A DNA stretch of 64,000 bases, taken from positions 62,001 through 126,000 of IMG/VR virus record IMGVR_UViG_2541047320_000011, one strand, 5' to 3'. The DNA comes from an uncultured virus (IMG/VR IMGVR_UViG_2541047320_000011) (taxonomy: Duplodnaviria > Heunggongvirae > Uroviricota > Caudoviricetes). Below are positions 60,620 through 64,000 of this stretch, one piece after another (position 1 is the first letter of the stretch; every line of letters starts with the position of its first letter). Under the pieces are notes generated by a model, which worked only from the letters and a program-made list of their open reading frames with translations, ran no database searches and was not told the DNA's origin. A program made the translations under genes and the position numbers.

Positions 60620-61732
60620 ATGAACGCTTTTATAAGAAAAAGAAATAAAAATTATGTAGTGTACTTAGAATTTAGAGATGATGAATCAGGAAAAAGAAAA
60701 CAAAAAAATATGGGAGCATTTGATAAAAAAAGAGATGCTAATAAAAGATTGGCTGAAGTTAAGGACAGTATATATAAAGATAGTTTTCTTGTCCCAAATG
60801 AAATCACTCTAGCTGGATTTCTATTAGACTTTCTTGAAAAATATAAAGATAATATTTCGGCATCTACATATAAAAGCTATATTGCTATTTGTAAAAATCA
60901 TATTAATCCTTCTATTGGAAAATATCGTCTTCAAGAGTTGAGAAATATTCATATACAGAATTATATAGATGATTTAGCTGGTAACTTAAACCCTCAAACT
61001 ATTAAAGTACATATAAATGTATTGAGACTTGCAATAAAGAGAGCGTATAGAATTAAGTTAATAAAAGAAAATATTATAGATGGAATAGAGAGTCCAAGAA
61101 TTAAAAAATTTAAAAATGAAATTTATGATAAAGAGCATATGTTAAAATTATTAGAAGTAGCTAAAGGAACTAATCTTGAGCTTCCTATTAGTTTGGCTAT
61201 AGGTCTAGGATTGAGACTTTCAGAAGTTTTGGGATTAACTTGGGATAATATTGATTTTGATGAAAATACAATAACAGTAAATAAGATAACTAGTAGATTA
61301 GATGGTTCTGTTATACTTAAAGAGCCAAAGACAGAAAGCTCTGTTAGAAAAATATTTGCACCAATAGAGCTTATGAATTTACTAAAAAATTATAGGCTGG
61401 AGCAGAATAAGAAGTTATTGAGAAGTATTGTTAGAAATGAATATAACTTACTATTTTTTGATAGAAAAGGGAATCCAATTGCTGAAGATGTAATGAGTAA
61501 GAAATTTAGAAAATTCTTAGAGAATAATGACTTGCCTCATATTAGATTTCATGACTTAAGACATTCGCACGTTACTTTACTTATAAATTCTAAAGTACCT
61601 ATAAAAGTTATATCTGAAAGGGTAGGACATTCAAATATTAATACTACTCTTAATGTATATTCTCATGTACTTAAAGAAATGGACAAAGAAGCTTCTGATA
61701 GAATATCTGAAAACTTATTTAAGGCTAATTAA
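60620..61732 (+). CDS. int: Tyrosine integrase (arm-binding domain, ICE/phage type)
   Basis: GLRLSE, PKTESS, IRFHDLRHSH, GHSNINTTLNVYSH; full catalytic set. Confidence 0.95.
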   Translation: MNAFIRKRNKNYVVYLEFRDDESGKRKQKNMGAFDKKRDANKRLAEVKDSIYKDSFLVPNEITLAGFLLDFLEKYKDNISASTYKSYIAICKNHINPSIGKYRLQELRNIHIQNYIDDLAGNLNPQTIKVHINVLRLAIKRAYRIKLIKENIIDGIESPRIKKFKNEIYDKEHMLKLLEVAKGTNLELPISLAIGLGLRLSEVLGLTWDNIDFDENTITVNKITSRLDGSVILKEPKTESSVRKIFAPIELMNLLKNYRLEQNKKLLRSIVRNEYNLLFFDRKGNPIAEDVMSKKFRKFLENNDLPHIRFHDLRHSHVTLLINSKVPIKVISERVGHSNINTTLNVYSHVLKEMDKEASDRISENLFKAN

Positions 61733-61770
61733 TAATTATTATCAATAAATACAAAATTAATAATAAAAGC

Positions 61771-61829
61771 AAAGGTATAAACATAAAGGGGAATTTTTAC
61801 AAAGCCTTAGAATGGCATATAGAGCGTCA
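61771..61829 (+). repeat. 59-bp dispersed element downstream of the integrase
   Basis: AAAGGTATAAACA...AATTTTTACAAAGCCTTAGAATGGCATATA. Confidence 0.7.
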
Positions 61830-61968
61830 GATTTTAGAAGATATTAAAATTTTATATTTCCAATATTTATGATATAATAAACATAGCAAGGAATAAATAT
61901 TTGAAAAAAGCTGTGAGTGGTGTTTCCATAGAAATTTCCTCACTTTCTTATGAAAGGAGGTGAAAACT

Positions 61969-62103
61969 ATGGAAAATCTAATGATGAGTATTATAGCTGG
62001 TGTTATAGCTAGTTATATCTACGATAAATTAAAATGCCACTCTGAGCGACCAACTAAGAGTGGCTGGGAACTTAATATTAAGTTCCATAAAAACAAACAT
62101 TAA
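61969..62103 (+). CDS. Type I toxin-antitoxin toxin (44 aa)
   Basis: MENLMMSIIAGVIASYIYDKLKCHSERPTKSGWELNIKFHKNKH; strong SD with upstream anti-SD; 5'/3' UTR pairing. Confidence 0.78.
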   Translation: MENLMMSIIAGVIASYIYDKLKCHSERPTKSGWELNIKFHKNKH

Positions 62104-62153
62104 TAACTAATTAATGGAAACATCACTCAAAGTTAAGTAAAATATGTTTCCTT
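62040..62153 (-). ncRNA. Putative antisense antitoxin RNA
   Basis: Minus-strand TGGTATAAT at 62160-62168 pointing into the toxin 3' end; boundaries approximate. Confidence 0.5.
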
Positions 62154-62308
62154 GCTTTTATTATACCACAAATTAAGAATATTAAAACAAAATTTTGTAA
62201 ATACATACTTAATTATCAATTTAATCATTTGGAAAAAATTGGATTTGATTGTATGAAATTATTGCTGTAATATTTAAATTAAATAAACAAATGATGGGAG
62301 AGATAATT

Positions 62309-62686
62309 ATGTATTTAAGAAAATTATCAAAGTCAGAATTAATTGTAATGAAATTTATATGGAATTTAGATACAAAAGTAAAATCATATCAAATCATTAA
62401 TTATATGAAAGAAAAATATAGTTGGTCAGAAAAAACAACATTAAAAACTTTATCTAAGTTATCAAATAAAAGGTTCATATATGTTCAAGAAACAAGTCAA
62501 TGTACATACTATACAATTTCAATTAAAGAAGATAAGTATCATGAATTTATATCACAAAAAATACATAAGCTCTTAGGGTGCAATTCTATAAAAAGCCTTT
62601 TAGCATCATTGTTTCAAGAAGAATTAACAGATGAAAAAATAACTTCATTGGAAGAATGGGTAAAAAACTGGGAAGAAGAGGAATAA
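62309..62686 (+). CDS. BlaI/MecI/CopY-family repressor
   Basis: LSKSELIVMKFIW...WSEKTTLKTLSKL. Confidence 0.88.
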   Translation: MYLRKLSKSELIVMKFIWNLDTKVKSYQIINYMKEKYSWSEKTTLKTLSKLSNKRFIYVQETSQCTYYTISIKEDKYHEFISQKIHKLLGCNSIKSLLASLFQEELTDEKITSLEEWVKNWEEEE

Positions 62687-62826
62687 AGATAATATATACT
62701 ATTCCTTAAAAATCTATTTAAAGAATAATTGAAATTTTGATTTTAATATAATTTCTTTAATCAACTCTAACATACAAAAATAAGACTCTTTTCAATATTA
62801 ACTAAAGAGCCTTATTTTATAATTGA

Positions 62827-64000
62827 TTATATTTTAGTTAACTTTTGTGTATCAAAACTATACTCATATACTTCTAATGTTTCAGAATTTACAATTAGAG
62901 TTCCTACTGTTTTAATGCTATCTTCTTTATCAGTATAAGTATCAGAACCATCAGTGCTAGATTCATCTTGTTTAACATTTTTAACACTGATTATTTCAAA
63001 CTCATAGTGTGGAAAATCTATATTTTCAGCTTTTTTATATCTTGAGTTACCATAATTATATGTATAACAATATTCATGTGCTTTTGAACCTTTTGCTTTA
63101 TATATAGCATCTAAAGCTTTTGAGATGTCACTTCTTTTAGTATTACCAGTTAACATATAATCTGGAGTTAAGCATTGGTCTAAAATTTCATTTTTTATAT
63201 CACCTATTATTATTGGGAAATTAGCACTAGTAACTAATGATTTGTCATTAGTTTCATTTACTAAAAATACAGGATATTCTTTGTGTATTGTAGAAGATAA
63301 TAGTGCATCTATTAAATTATCAGAACTTACAATACATATTTGATTTGGATGTTTTAATTCATCTTTATAAAAATGCTTAATTATTTTTTCATTAGTGTCA
63401 AGTCTATCAACACCACCAATTCTAGTTGCTTTTGTACTGTTCACTAAAGAGTCGTTTATTGATGCTGTTCCTCCAATAGCATATGTTTTTACCCCATCTG
63501 TTTTAAATGGTATATTCTTTCCATTTGTTAATACAACTGGATTTTTATATTTAGCAGCAACTGGAGATATACTTATAGAATCAGCTTCTCCTTGATAAGC
63601 ATTTGTAAAATATACTTCATCAACCTTTTTTAGATTGCTTATTTCTTTTGCAACATTATAACTTGTGTCTATTCTGTCTCTTCCTTCTATCCTAATAACC
63701 TTTATTTTTTTGTTTTTTAGTATATTTTCTACATTTTTGCTTATAGAATTAACTCCACCTATTAAATAGATTTTTTTAAATTTATCTAATCTTTTAAGAG
63801 TAGAATTTGGTATAGAATTTTGTTTAGTAAGTAATATTGGCGAGTTAGAAGCTCCAGCTAAACCACTAGCACTCAACCCATCTGCAAGACTTTTATCTGT
63901 GTTTATAATTATTGCTTGGGTGTATTTTCTTCTGTCTGCTATTAAACCTGCTGTTTCATACTTATTTGCTCCTTGTATTCTATGAGCTGGAGGTCTAAAT
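62827..64000 (-). CDS. Cell-wall-binding repeat 2 (CWB2) protein; 5' end outside the window
   Basis: RIQGANKYETA, LADGLSAS, PILLT, RIEGRDRIDTS, RIGGVDRLDTN. Confidence 0.9.
   Translation of the reverse strand, partial: FRPPAHRIQGANKYETAGLIADRRKYTQAIIINTDKSLADGLSASGLAGASNSPILLTKQNSIPNSTLKRLDKFKKIYLIGGVNSISKNVENILKNKKIKVIRIEGRDRIDTSYNVAKEISNLKKVDEVYFTNAYQGEADSISISPVAAKYKNPVVLTNGKNIPFKTDGVKTYAIGGTASINDSLVNSTKATRIGGVDRLDTNEKIIKHFYKDELKHPNQICIVSSDNLIDALLSSTIHKEYPVFLVNETNDKSLVTSANFPIIIGDIKNEILDQCLTPDYMLTGNTKRSDISKALDAIYKAKGSKAHEYCYTYNYGNSRYKKAENIDFPHYEFEIISVKNVKQDESSTDGSDTYTDKEDSIKTVGTLIVNSETLEVYEYSFDTQKLTKI

Larger units (their letters stand above)
1..64000. mobile_element. Segment of a large SPbeta-like temperate phage / phage-plasmid (early, accessory and replication regions)
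   Basis: Dense co-oriented small ORFs; ArdA, Bro-N, YopX, ERF; helicase-primase-RecJ-DnaE order as in SPbeta yorI-yorL; tyrosine recombinases. Confidence 0.9.

Overview
AT-rich 64-kb segment of a large temperate Firmicutes phage or phage-plasmid. The host is most likely Clostridioides difficile (CWB2 cell-wall-binding gene, C. difficile-type type I toxin); the content recalls large phiCD211-like phages, which I cannot confirm without a search. Almost all real genes are on the + strand. The layout is SPbeta-like: early anti-restriction and regulatory genes (ArdA, Bro-N, XREs), a tyrosine recombinase next to an MrpR/YopR-like recombinase-derived repressor, about 28 kb of small accessory genes (ligase, NTase, kptA pseudogene, PTH2, DHH, MazG, Tad2-like, two DNA methyltransferases, an IS200/IS605 tnpA-tnpB element), a replication block (SSB, ERF, helicase, primase, RecJ, DnaE), a DndB-like gene, nrdDG, gmk, ruvC, dut, an integrase, a type I TA locus, BlaI and a cwp gene. 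No structural genes, tRNAs or CRISPR array were seen. The strongest unexplained signal is non-coding: at least 17 exact copies of TAAAA-N6-TTTTA, each with a different spacer, sit at boundaries of accessory genes and may mark a recombinase-driven gene-cassette system. Three other dispersed motif families are present: an AACTAAATAAAAT operator, ATGACA tandem repeats, and a 59-bp element that brackets the integrase in inverted orientation. All motif searches were done by eye and are not exhaustive.
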